A stretch of 32,198 nucleotides of DNA from Bacteriovoracaceae bacterium (GTDB lineage Bacteria > Bdellovibrionota > Bacteriovoracia > Bacteriovoracales > Bacteriovoracaceae), in the NCBI GenBank assembly GCA_018649885.1, contig JABIHA010000062.1:62001-94198 (forward strand). Reading direction: 5' to 3'. Under the pieces are notes generated by a model, which was given only the letters and a program-made list of their open reading frames with translations, had not been told where the DNA came from and searched no databases. A program made the position numbers and the translations under genes. This document shows positions 18,603 through 27,561 of this stretch, piece by piece (position 1 is the stretch's first letter; each line of letters opens with the position of its first letter).

Positions 18603-19496
18603 ATGAGAGCTAATATGTCGAATAGTGCATCCAAAGGCAGTCCTAAGAAAAAATTATTAGAAAAATCAGCAATGGCCCCTATCATGATGCCTGTCGCAAT
18701 TGTCCTTTTGGGCTCGCTTCTGGTTTTTGGAATCGTTAAAATGCTTAGCACCGAAAGATCTCACCGCGATTTGATTAGAGAAATGGAATCAAAAACCTTT
18801 GGGAATCGCTGGGTGGCAGCATTTGAATTGTCTAAATTATTGGCCCGCAAGTCCATTCCTGAAAAAGAAAATCAGTGGGTTATTGAACGCCTTTCAAAAC
18901 TCTACGATAGATCTAATGACGCAAGAACGAAAAACTTTTTGATATTGGCGCTATCTACATTTAAAACACAAGATATTCTCCCTGTTTTATACAAGGGCCT
19001 AAAAGACTCCGACTCACAGGTTCAATTCAATGCAGTTATTGGAATTGGAAATATGAAAGTGGGCACTGTTTATGATTGGGTTCCACTTATGGAGCTGATG
19101 AAAGCTGAAGATCAAGGCCTTAAGCAAGTTTTGATGTACACATTTTCTAAACATTCAGTACCAGGTGCGGACCTTCTTATGGAAGCCGATTTAAAATCTT
19201 CTATTCCTCTCACGAGATACGTAGCAGCAATATCACTAATCTCTTATGGAAATAAAAAGTTGGGGCCCGTTTTGAAAGAGATCCTAGACCTTGCCATGGT
19301 GGACAAAGCAGCTCCTGGCCAGCTTCGTTCAGATAAAGTCATGGCACTAAAACTTAATGTGATTAATGGAGTCAGGAAATCTAATAGTAACCACTATAGT
19401 GCTTTGCTGCAAGACGCCTTACCTAAAGAAAGAAATCCTAAAATAGAGGTCAAACTAAAAGAAACTATTAGGCTTTTACTAAAAAATAACTCGTAG
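18603..19496 (+). CDS. Membrane-anchored HEAT-repeat (PBS-lyase-like) protein
   Basis: N-terminal TM followed by helical repeats (RWVAAFEL, LKDSDSQVQFNAVIGIG, RYVAAISL). Start may be 18615. Confidence 0.7.
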   Translation: MRANMSNSASKGSPKKKLLEKSAMAPIMMPVAIVLLGSLLVFGIVKMLSTERSHRDLIREMESKTFGNRWVAAFELSKLLARKSIPEKENQWVIERLSKLYDRSNDARTKNFLILALSTFKTQDILPVLYKGLKDSDSQVQFNAVIGIGNMKVGTVYDWVPLMELMKAEDQGLKQVLMYTFSKHSVPGADLLMEADLKSSIPLTRYVAAISLISYGNKKLGPVLKEILDLAMVDKAAPGQLRSDKVMALKLNVINGVRKSNSNHYSALLQDALPKERNPKIEVKLKETIRLLLKNNS

Positions 19497-19619
19497 CCAC
19501 CTTAATCAATATATAGTATTTTAATGAGATAAATCATCGCTTATTTTTTAGAGTTGTGTAGCTGACTCTTGGCTCAGCGGGCCTTGGTCTGAAGTATTTT
19601 TGAAATGGGGAAATAATCC

Positions 19620-20120
19620 ATGAGTGAAAGTAAGAAATCACTAAATAGAAGGGAATTCTTTAGCTTTTTAGCAGTTGGTTGGATTACCTTTACGGCGGCA
19701 ACTGCTGGCCTTTTAGGTTTAGTCTTTAGATTCTTGTATCCAAATGTAAATTTTGAACCAGAAATGGAATTTATTGCAGGTATCCCAGGCGACTATGATA
19801 ATGGCGTTGATGAGAGATGGAAAAATGGTTTTGGCGTTTGGATTATTAAACGTGAAGGAAAGCTAGTTGCTCTTTCTAATATCTGTACCCATCTCGGTTG
19901 TATTCCCAATTGGCTTCCAGGTGAATTAAAATTTAAGTGTCCATGCCACGGTTCTGGTTTCTACCCTTCAGGTATTAACTTCGAAGGCCCAGCTCCAAGA
20001 CCTCTTGAGAGATTTAAAATCACAACTCTTCCCGATGGAAGATTGAAAATCGATAAAACTAAAAAATATAGATATGAGAAAGGACAGTGGAATAACCCTG
20101 ATTCCTATATTGAGGTTTAA
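19620..20120 (+). CDS. Rieske 2Fe-2S subunit of a Rieske/cytochrome b complex (QcrA/PetC-like)
   Basis: Tat-type NRREFF plus TM, CTHLGC, CPCHGS, GPAPRPL. Confidence 0.95.
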   Translation: MSESKKSLNRREFFSFLAVGWITFTAATAGLLGLVFRFLYPNVNFEPEMEFIAGIPGDYDNGVDERWKNGFGVWIIKREGKLVALSNICTHLGCIPNWLPGELKFKCPCHGSGFYPSGINFEGPAPRPLERFKITTLPDGRLKIDKTKKYRYEKGQWNNPDSYIEV

Positions 20121-20125
20121 TTAAA

Positions 20126-20908
20126 ATGTCTGATAAAAGTATTGTAGATCAAGTTAGAGAAACACAAGTTTGGAAATCAATTTTTCGTCATGGTCCACCA
20201 AACAATGCTCGTAATAGAGCAGCCATAGTTGCTGGAAACGTATTCCTTCACCTGCATCCCATTAAGTTAAAAAAATCTGGGGTTCAGCTTGGCTACACAT
20301 GGTGTATGGGCGGACTAACATTTTTTATCTTTTTGTCACTTACAGTTACCGGTGTTCTTTTAATGTTTTATTACAGACCCACGGCTGAATATGCCTTTAA
20401 CGATATTGTAGCCCTTAGAGAGCATGTCCCTCTAGGTATTATGCGAGAAATTCACAGGTGGGGTGCCCACGCCATGGTTATTACTGTCTGGCTTCACATG
20501 TTTAGGGTCTTCATGACTGGATCATATAAACCACCTAGAGAATTTAATTGGGGTGTTGGTGTAATCCTCTTAGTTTTAACATTACTTCTTTCATTTACTG
20601 GCTATCTTCTTCCTTGGGATCAGCTAGCGATTTGGGCCATTACAGTTGGATCCAATATGGCAAAGGCCACTCCATTTTTAGGTCATGGTGGTCCTGGAGC
20701 AACACTAGCTCAGATCGGGGATTTTATTCTCGTCTCTGATAAAAACGACGTGCGTTTTCAACTTTTAGGCGGTCGTTTTGTTGGTGAGCCAGCACTACTC
20801 AGGTTTTATATTCTTCACTGTGTTTTTATTCCACTTGTTGTGGGAGTGCTTATAGCGATTCACTTTTGGAGAGTTAGAAAAGATGGTGGTATTTCAGCAC
20901 CTCTTTAG
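20126..20908 (+). CDS. Cytochrome b6-type N-terminal subunit (QcrB/PetB-like)
   Basis: WCMGG (heme ci Cys60), HRWGAH...[25 protein letters not shown]...IH, and a b6-like C-terminus GISAPL. Confidence 0.95.
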   Translation: MSDKSIVDQVRETQVWKSIFRHGPPNNARNRAAIVAGNVFLHLHPIKLKKSGVQLGYTWCMGGLTFFIFLSLTVTGVLLMFYYRPTAEYAFNDIVALREHVPLGIMREIHRWGAHAMVITVWLHMFRVFMTGSYKPPREFNWGVGVILLVLTLLLSFTGYLLPWDQLAIWAITVGSNMAKATPFLGHGGPGATLAQIGDFILVSDKNDVRFQLLGGRFVGEPALLRFYILHCVFIPLVVGVLIAIHFWRVRKDGGISAPL

Positions 20909-20943
20909 GTTTAGGCAGAGATTAGGGATAATCAGGAAATAAT

Positions 20944-22026
20944 ATGGAAGCTTTGAAAGAATTTGTTAACATTTTATCGGGTCCACAATACTCATTTACT
21001 TTGACCTTGATTATGTTCTATTTGTTAATGAAATATTACAGAATTATTGGAACAAAGAAATTTGCGTGGGGATTTGTTATTCTTATGACCCCTGTCTATC
21101 TTTGGTTTATGAGTGATGATGTTTTTAGAACTATTATTGCCACACCTGATAATATTCCAATTTCAATACTCCTTTTCTCAGTCTTTTTCTTCACTTGGCT
21201 TACCGTTCACAAAGCGGCGATCAACGATGAAAGAATTGAAGCGGGTGAGTGCCCTATAGAGGGATTACCGGAAAATAGAGAAAAGGTCTGGAGTTGGCCA
21301 AATTTAGTTTACAACGAATTATTTGTTATTATTGCGGGAACAATTTTTTTAATTGTTTGGGCAATAATTTTCAAGGCCCCACTTGAGGAGCCTGCCAACC
21401 CAACATGGGCACCGAATCCGGCTAAAGCTCCTTGGTACTTCCTTGGTTTACAAGAAATGCTTGTTTATTTCGATCCTTGGATGGCCGGCGTTGTTCTTCC
21501 TGTCTTTATCATTATTGGTCTTGTGGCCATCCCTTATATTGATACAAATCCAAAAGGAAATGGATATTACACATTTTCTGAAAGAAAGATGGCGATTTCC
21601 TGCTTTATGTTTGGATGGCTAGTTCTTTGGATCTTTTTGATAATTATTGGCACCTTCTTAAGAGGACCCAACTGGACCTTCTATGGACCTTTCGAATACT
21701 GGGATTTCCACAAAGTTGTTGCCGAGGCAAATATTAATTTGTCAGAAATTATTTGGATCAAGATGCTCGGAACCACAATGCCTTCAAATCTTATTGTGAG
21801 AGAGATTTTTGGAATATTTGTAATACTCGCTTACTTTGGAATCAGCGGAGCTATGATTACCAAAAAGTGGGGACAAGATATATTAGAGAAGACTGGGAAG
21901 ATTAGATATTATTTCTTCTTATTCTTAGTTCTGTTCATGGCAACACTTCCAATTAAAATGTATTTGAGATGGTTATTTACTCTGAAATACATTGTGGCCC
22001 TGCCAGAGTGGGAACTAAATCTTTAA
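20944..22026 (+). CDS. Extended subunit IV (cytochrome b C-terminal domain; QcrC/PetD-like)
   Basis: WPNL...ELF, APLEEPANP..PNPAKAPWYFL (PEWY-equivalent loop), AIPYID; extra TM helices at both ends. Confidence 0.85.
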   Translation: MEALKEFVNILSGPQYSFTLTLIMFYLLMKYYRIIGTKKFAWGFVILMTPVYLWFMSDDVFRTIIATPDNIPISILLFSVFFFTWLTVHKAAINDERIEAGECPIEGLPENREKVWSWPNLVYNELFVIIAGTIFLIVWAIIFKAPLEEPANPTWAPNPAKAPWYFLGLQEMLVYFDPWMAGVVLPVFIIIGLVAIPYIDTNPKGNGYYTFSERKMAISCFMFGWLVLWIFLIIIGTFLRGPNWTFYGPFEYWDFHKVVAEANINLSEIIWIKMLGTTMPSNLIVREIFGIFVILAYFGISGAMITKKWGQDILEKTGKIRYYFFLFLVLFMATLPIKMYLRWLFTLKYIVALPEWELNL

Positions 22027-22060
22027 TATAAAAGGAATTAAAAAAATAAGGATATATTGA

Positions 22061-24916
22061 ATGAAACTTGAACCAGGCATGGCATTTGATACGAAAGTAC
22101 AAAATAAAGTCTTTGCTTTTCTATCTATTCTACTTCTGCTTTCAACTGTTTGGGTTATCTTAGATGATTATATTAGACCGTGGAAAGCTGTTCAAATTAA
22201 GGCCCTAGACATTAAAAAAGAAGTTCTAGGTGAAAAACTAAAAGCTGTTAAAGCAAGTGTAAAACCTGAAGAAGTTGCAGCTCTAAAAAAGGCCATTGAA
22301 GCTGGTCAGAAAATTAGAGATTCACGGCAAGCGGAAGTTGACGCTCTTAAGAAAGAATTGGGTGAAACTCAGGCAAAAATTTACGCTCAAAAAATTATCA
22401 ATGGTGCTGATGGTTCCAGCTCATCAGCTATGACTTTTCAGTGGGAAATGAAAAAAGAGCACGGAAAAGACGCTGCCGCTAAAAAACTTAAGGGCAAACT
22501 CGATGCATTGAATATTAAATGGGGCAAAGGCAAGGATTATTTTAAGCAACTTACAACTGACGAAAAAAATGTTCTCAATGCCATCGCAGCAAAAAGTAAA
22601 GAGCTGAAGCTTGCTCAGAAAGACTACAAAGAAAAAGCTGGTAAATTAGATATGACCCAAGAGGCTTATGATAGTGCTAGCTTCTTTTCAGATCCTATTA
22701 ACTTTTTAAGAAATGCTCCATTTATCGATTACCTTGATCCTACAATTAAAATTCAACAAGTAGTGGCCGAGAATATTACTGAAGATCGTTATTTCAAACA
22801 AACAGAGAAAGTCGACAGGTGTATGACCTGCCACACTTTTATCGATAAACCAGGTTATGAGAAAAAAGATAATCCCTATAAAACTCACCCTAATCTTAAC
22901 TTAATGGTGGGAGCTGATTCACCACACCCTATGAAAAAAACAGGGTGTACAACATGTCATGGTGGAGAAGGACAAAGGGTTTTTGATTTTAACGCAGCTG
23001 AGCACAGACCTGAAAATGAAAAGCAAAAACAAGAGTGGATTGCAAAATATCACTACCATGAAGGCCATAAAATCGCTCAACCAATCAGAAAGAAATCTCA
23101 GACAGAAGCAGGCTGTGTTAAGTGTCACCAAGGTAAAGAATTTATTCCACAAGCAGATAGATTGAATAAAGGCCGCCAATTAGTACAGACTTACGGCTGT
23201 TACGGTTGTCATAAAATTAAAGGCTGGGAACATCTTAGAAAGCCAGGACCAAGTCTTTATAAAATTTCAAGTAAGGTGTCTAAAGAGTGGACTAAAAACT
23301 GGGTATGGTTTCCAAGACACTTTAATCCAAAAACAAAAATGCCTCACTACTTTAATCAAAGTAATAATTCTAAGCCAGAATTTTTAAAGAAAAACGTAGC
23401 GGAAGTGAATTCTATTGTTGAGTACCTCTTTAAGAACTCTAAGTCCTTTTCTCCTTTTACCAGATACAATGGCGGAAATGCTGATAAAGGGAAGGCCTTA
23501 ATTCAAAACGTAGGCTGTATTAGTTGTCACCAAGTTGAAGGCATTGGAAATGATTTTAATAAAGTGGGATCAAAAAAAGGTCCATACCTAACGGGCTTGG
23601 GATCAAAGGTTTCAGGGGACTGGTTAGTTTCATGGTTAATGAGACCTTCTCACTATCAAGAGGATACTGTGATGCCATCTTTTCGATTATCGAAAAGAGA
23701 AGCAAGTGACATGACCTCTTACCTTCTAACTCTCAAAAATAAAAAATTCTCTGAGATGAAATTTTCAGATCTAGATAGATCAGTTCGTGATGAGCTTCTT
23801 TTAGAGTACTTCAGCTCTTTCGATACAATCGCAGTGGCCAAGACAAAACTAGCAGGCCTCGATGACCACCAAAGAACACTAGAGCTCGGAAAGAGATCCA
23901 TTGGTAAATTTGGCTGCTACTCATGTCACAATATTGATGGCTTTGAAGGAAGATCACCTATTGGAGTTGATCTAACGAATGAGGGATCTAAACCAGTTAC
24001 TCAACTGGCCTTTGGACACGAGCACATTGAGCATAAAAGAGATGTTTGGTTTAAAAATCACATGCTCAACCCCAGAAGATGGGATAGAGGAAATAACAAA
24101 GGTTTTAAAGATCTCTTGAGGATGCCTAACTTTTTTATGTCAGAAGAGGATGCTGATTTACTTACAGTCTTCTTACTTGGACAAAATAGTGAAAAAGTTC
24201 CCATGGCAGGTCAGAAGAATTTAAATGAATATGAGGTTGCTGAGGAAAAAGGCCACCGTGTGATGAGCAAATATAATTGCTACGGTTGTCACAATATTGA
24301 TGGCATGGGCGGAGATATTTTAAAAGCAACTGCTTACGCTGATGATCCAAATGAGGCTCCACCGATTTTGGCAGGGCAAGGTCATAGAGTGCATACTGAT
24401 TGGTTCTATAATTTCCTAGGTAATGTTCACACTATTAGACCTTGGCTAAAAGTTAGAATGCCGACTTTTAATCTCTCAAATGAAGAAAAAAACACAATTG
24501 TCGATGGTTTTAGAGCAAGAAAGAAGCTTCCTGTTTTTGAAGAAAAACCTGAAAAAGTAGTTTGGGAGCCTGGTGAGAGAGCCGCTGCCAAAAAATTAAT
24601 TACTGAGTATGCTTGTGATAGTTGCCACACACTTGGGTTTAATAAAGATGAGCCCATGGCACCTAATCTTCATCATGCCAAGAATCGTTTGAGAGCTTCA
24701 TGGATTGAGAAATGGTTAAAAGACCCTCAATCAGTGATGCCTGGAACTACAATGCCTAACTTCTTCGCTGATGGAGAGGCCCAAGAGCCATCTATCCTTG
24801 GCGGAAGCGTAGATAGACAAGTAACAGCATTAAGAAAATATATACAAGAAATTGGTGAGAAAGAGTTTCCCGAAGCTGGCTGGTATGAAGCCACGGGTTT
24901 CAAAAAGCCAGAATAG
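22061..24916 (+). CDS. Membrane-anchored octaheme cytochrome c
   Basis: N-terminal TM, long coiled coil, eight CxxCH motifs: CMTCH, CTTCH, CVKCH, CYGCH, CISCH, CYSCH, CYGCH, CDSCH. Confidence 0.92.
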   Translation: MKLEPGMAFDTKVQNKVFAFLSILLLLSTVWVILDDYIRPWKAVQIKALDIKKEVLGEKLKAVKASVKPEEVAALKKAIEAGQKIRDSRQAEVDALKKELGETQAKIYAQKIINGADGSSSSAMTFQWEMKKEHGKDAAAKKLKGKLDALNIKWGKGKDYFKQLTTDEKNVLNAIAAKSKELKLAQKDYKEKAGKLDMTQEAYDSASFFSDPINFLRNAPFIDYLDPTIKIQQVVAENITEDRYFKQTEKVDRCMTCHTFIDKPGYEKKDNPYKTHPNLNLMVGADSPHPMKKTGCTTCHGGEGQRVFDFNAAEHRPENEKQKQEWIAKYHYHEGHKIAQPIRKKSQTEAGCVKCHQGKEFIPQADRLNKGRQLVQTYGCYGCHKIKGWEHLRKPGPSLYKISSKVSKEWTKNWVWFPRHFNPKTKMPHYFNQSNNSKPEFLKKNVAEVNSIVEYLFKNSKSFSPFTRYNGGNADKGKALIQNVGCISCHQVEGIGNDFNKVGSKKGPYLTGLGSKVSGDWLVSWLMRPSHYQEDTVMPSFRLSKREASDMTSYLLTLKNKKFSEMKFSDLDRSVRDELLLEYFSSFDTIAVAKTKLAGLDDHQRTLELGKRSIGKFGCYSCHNIDGFEGRSPIGVDLTNEGSKPVTQLAFGHEHIEHKRDVWFKNHMLNPRRWDRGNNKGFKDLLRMPNFFMSEEDADLLTVFLLGQNSEKVPMAGQKNLNEYEVAEEKGHRVMSKYNCYGCHNIDGMGGDILKATAYADDPNEAPPILAGQGHRVHTDWFYNFLGNVHTIRPWLKVRMPTFNLSNEEKNTIVDGFRARKKLPVFEEKPEKVVWEPGERAAAKKLITEYACDSCHTLGFNKDEPMAPNLHHAKNRLRASWIEKWLKDPQSVMPGTTMPNFFADGEAQEPSILGGSVDRQVTALRKYIQEIGEKEFPEAGWYEATGFKKPE

Positions 24917-24940
24917 AAATGACCATTAAGGAGTGAATAT

Positions 24941-25567
24941 ATGAGCGCCCACGCCCATGCAGATGATCCAGATTATGCACTAGTAGAACCAAATGATGAA
25001 TTATTTGGAAGTGCCACCCCAGGTAAGATTGCCATGTGGATCTTTCTCATTACGGATGCCATGTCCTTTTCTGGATTTCTCATTGCCTACGCGATTTTGC
25101 GTGCCACTAAAAGTTGGCCAAGCCCAGCTGAGCACCTTGGAATTGGTCTTTCAGGTTTTGCCACTTTCATTCTTATTTGTAGCTCCGTCTCTATGGTTTT
25201 AAGTATTGATGGTTGCAAGAGAAAGGACAGATCCTCCATGCTCAATTGGCTGGGTCTTACAATATTGGGTGGAGTGATCTTTCTCGGTATCCAGGCTTAC
25301 GAATACGCCCACCTTGTTCACGGTGGACTAACGCTTGTTAACTTCTCTGAGGGCACAAATTTATTTGCCTCAACCTTTTATATGATTACTGGCTTCCATG
25401 GTCTTCACGTTCTAACAGGGGTTATCTATTTAACAACTATTTTCGTTCAGGCCTATAATGGAAAGTACGATAATGGTGAATACAACAACCTTGAAATCGT
25501 TGGACTGTTTTGGCACTTTGTCGATTTAGTCTGGATCTTGGTCTTTACCTTTATCTATCTGTTGTAG
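24941..25567 (+). CDS. Heme-copper oxidase subunit III-like protein (short five-TM form)
   Basis: GKIAMWIFLITD, LICSS, FLGIQAYEY, TGFHGLHV, GLFWHFVDLVW; RBS AAGGAG. Confidence 0.92.
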   Translation: MSAHAHADDPDYALVEPNDELFGSATPGKIAMWIFLITDAMSFSGFLIAYAILRATKSWPSPAEHLGIGLSGFATFILICSSVSMVLSIDGCKRKDRSSMLNWLGLTILGGVIFLGIQAYEYAHLVHGGLTLVNFSEGTNLFASTFYMITGFHGLHVLTGVIYLTTIFVQAYNGKYDNGEYNNLEIVGLFWHFVDLVWILVFTFIYLL

Positions 25568-25780
25568 ATGAAAATCCTTAGCCTAATTCTTGGTGCATTT
25601 TGGATCAATTTTGCCATGGCCTGCCCGTACTGTGCAGGCTCTAACCCAGATGCCAGAGACAAGTACACCGTTTTTATCCTATTGATCTTTATCGTGGCCT
25701 GCTATGTACCGCTTGCTATGCTTTTCAACCTCATGAGAAAAAACCGCGCTCTCAATAATATAGAAAAAAATGACAATTAA
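25568..25780 (+). CDS. Small membrane protein with signal peptide and CPYC motif
   Basis: Abuts the upstream stop and overlaps the downstream start; signal peptide ending AMA, then CPYC, then one TM. Confidence 0.7.
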   Translation: MKILSLILGAFWINFAMACPYCAGSNPDARDKYTVFILLIFIVACYVPLAMLFNLMRKNRALNNIEKNDN

Positions 25781-26192
25781 CGACTTACCCTGCCTTAATG
25801 CTGGCCTCAATTCACTGTCATTCATTCTTCTTTTGGCAGGCTATTGTGCCATAAGAAAAAATCAAAAATCACTCCATATAAAGTTGATGCTCTCGGCAAC
25901 CGCAGTGTCTGCAGCTTTTCTAACAAGCTATCTAATCTATCACGCACATGCCGGCTCAAAAGCTTTCCCAGACCTTGGGTGGATCAAAACTATTTATCTC
26001 ATCATTCTAGTGCCACACATAATCCTCGCGGCCGTCATGGTCCCCATGATACTAGTAACCTTCTACCACGCCTTCAAACAAAACCATGATAGTCATAAAA
26101 AATGGGCAAAACTAACTTTGCCCATCTGGTTATTCGTCTCCATAACCGGAGTCATCATCTATCTAATGCTCTACGTTTTTTTTACTCAGTAA
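25770..26192 (+). CDS. DUF420 (YozB/CtaM-like) membrane protein
   Basis: LPCLNAGLN, H..LM..A...SAAFL.SYL.YH, HIILA, HKKWAK.T.PIWL.VS.TGV..Y; this family typically accompanies oxidase operons. Confidence 0.9.
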   Translation: MTINDLPCLNAGLNSLSFILLLAGYCAIRKNQKSLHIKLMLSATAVSAAFLTSYLIYHAHAGSKAFPDLGWIKTIYLIILVPHIILAAVMVPMILVTFYHAFKQNHDSHKKWAKLTLPIWLFVSITGVIIYLMLYVFFTQ

Positions 26193-27348
26193 CAGAACCT
26201 CCATCGCTATCAATGATTGTATCTATAAGAATTAAAACCTTTTTTGCGGCTTCAAGAGCTTCTTCTTCAGCAAGAGTTAAGGCCTTATCTGCGGCTTCAA
26301 GAGTATTTTTTGCATCGTTGACTTCCTCATCCATTCGAGAGGCAACATCTTTGAGAAGTGCTTCAGTGTACATAAAAAGGAGATCAAAATATTTACTATC
26401 TAATTCATTAATTTTGTCTAAGTATTTAGTTATTGCAATACCCGATATGAGACAATTTTCTTTGTAGGTTTGCAACATTCCAGTTATTTTAGCGTGACGA
26501 CTGAACTCCTCAAGCTCCTCTTCTGAAAAATTAGCTTCACGAAATTTTTCATAGTAGAGATCGTAATACTGATCTAGATTGTCACAATACAATCCAAATT
26601 TTTTCGATATATCTTCAAAGTTTAAGGTGTGTTTATCAAGGATTCCACCAAAGTAGTCTTTATTCTTTACTTCAAATGCCTTACTGACCATTTCAGCGGT
26701 CAGTTCTTCTAATCCTGCTAGCGCCAATAATCCAACGCCTTTAACTTCTTCATTATTTATTCTTTGTTCAATTTTTTCATAGAAGCTTTGAAAGCTATCA
26801 GAGCTCAGAACTTCATCCTTGTCTGCCACCTTTTCCGTAGCCGTCTGTGCTTCAACATCAGTTTCGCCAAGCAATATTTGCTCTTTCTTTTTTCCATATT
26901 CTTCAACTCTACCTTTAAGTTCCCTACATCCAGTACTAAATCTACTAAGTTTGGTATCAATGGGTATGTGAACTTCTAGGCCACTAACAGCACTATCAAC
27001 ATCATCACTACTGCCAATAGAAAAATGAGTTTTTTTAAAATTATCAGTGTAGTGGTTATATATCCTGACGAATTGTGAACAGTTTAAACTATAGGATTCA
27101 GAAAAAGCTGTGTCTTTAAGTTCAAGATCAGGAAGAAGGACTTCAAGGTTAGACTCAGGTGCAAATTCGTCGAGGTGGGCCACATATTGATCAATACTTG
27201 CGATAGACTCCTCAATGGTAAGCCCATCTGTTATGCGAGTAAGCTCAGCAAGGTAATCAGCAGCATTTTCTGTCAAAAATATAGGATCTTCTGCTGAAAT
27301 GGCACTTCCCATTCCCATTATTAAAACTAACGCAAAGATTGCTCTCAT
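26182..27348 (-). CDS. Secreted acidic helical hypothetical protein
   Basis: ATG 27348 (MRAIFALVLIMGMGSAISA signal peptide) follows GGGGA and is preferred over the 27447 start. Confidence 0.75.
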   Translation of the reverse strand: MRAIFALVLIMGMGSAISAEDPIFLTENAADYLAELTRITDGLTIEESIASIDQYVAHLDEFAPESNLEVLLPDLELKDTAFSESYSLNCSQFVRIYNHYTDNFKKTHFSIGSSDDVDSAVSGLEVHIPIDTKLSRFSTGCRELKGRVEEYGKKKEQILLGETDVEAQTATEKVADKDEVLSSDSFQSFYEKIEQRINNEEVKGVGLLALAGLEELTAEMVSKAFEVKNKDYFGGILDKHTLNFEDISKKFGLYCDNLDQYYDLYYEKFREANFSEEELEEFSRHAKITGMLQTYKENCLISGIAITKYLDKINELDSKYFDLLFMYTEALLKDVASRMDEEVNDAKNTLEAADKALTLAEEEALEAAKKVLILIDTIIDSDGGSVTE

Positions 27349-27399
27349 TACTGGTTCCCCTGGTCCAAGTCGTCTCTGATATAAAGTGGAAATATTAAG

Positions 27400-27416
27400 T
27401 GCAAATTGAATGCCGG
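27400..27416 (-). promoter_or_regulatory. Possible sigma54 -24/-12 promoter
   Basis: Minus strand CCGGCATTCAATTTGCA fits GG-N10-GC with TTGCA, about 50 nt upstream of ATG 27348. Confidence 0.4.
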
Positions 27417-27561
27417 CATAAGTCCCTAATAACTGGTTTAAAGCCACTTATCGTAATGATTAAAGTTTAGGCACCTGCCTTGGAAATATTACAAAGTTTC
27501 AAATATTTAGTGATGATTTTTCTGATTATAGGTAGAAATAAGTAACGGTAATGGAGCATAA

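Noticed and set aside
19540..19600. Possible riboswitch in the Rieske leader
   Set aside because: Only short 5-7 bp stems (e.g. GCTGA/TCAGC) and no recognisable aptamer.
22061..24916. Alternative complex III (ActA) or hydroxylamine/nitrite-reductase octaheme
   Set aside because: No ActB/ActC genes and no CxxCK motif; the context is a Rieske/cytochrome b operon.
26245..26303. 14-bp direct repeat TGCGGCTTCAAGAG, 45 bp apart
   Set aside because: Only two copies, in frame within a helical coding repeat (LEAA); not a CRISPR array or target-site duplication.
16369..26979. Short shadow ORFs in the secreted-protein genes and respiratory locus (e.g. 22706-22888, 24427-24657, 26102-26467)
   Set aside because: They overlap longer, motif-supported CDSs and have no independent evidence.
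27461..27487. Sigma28 -35 match TAAAGTTT
   Set aside because: No GCCGATAA-like -10 at the correct spacing.
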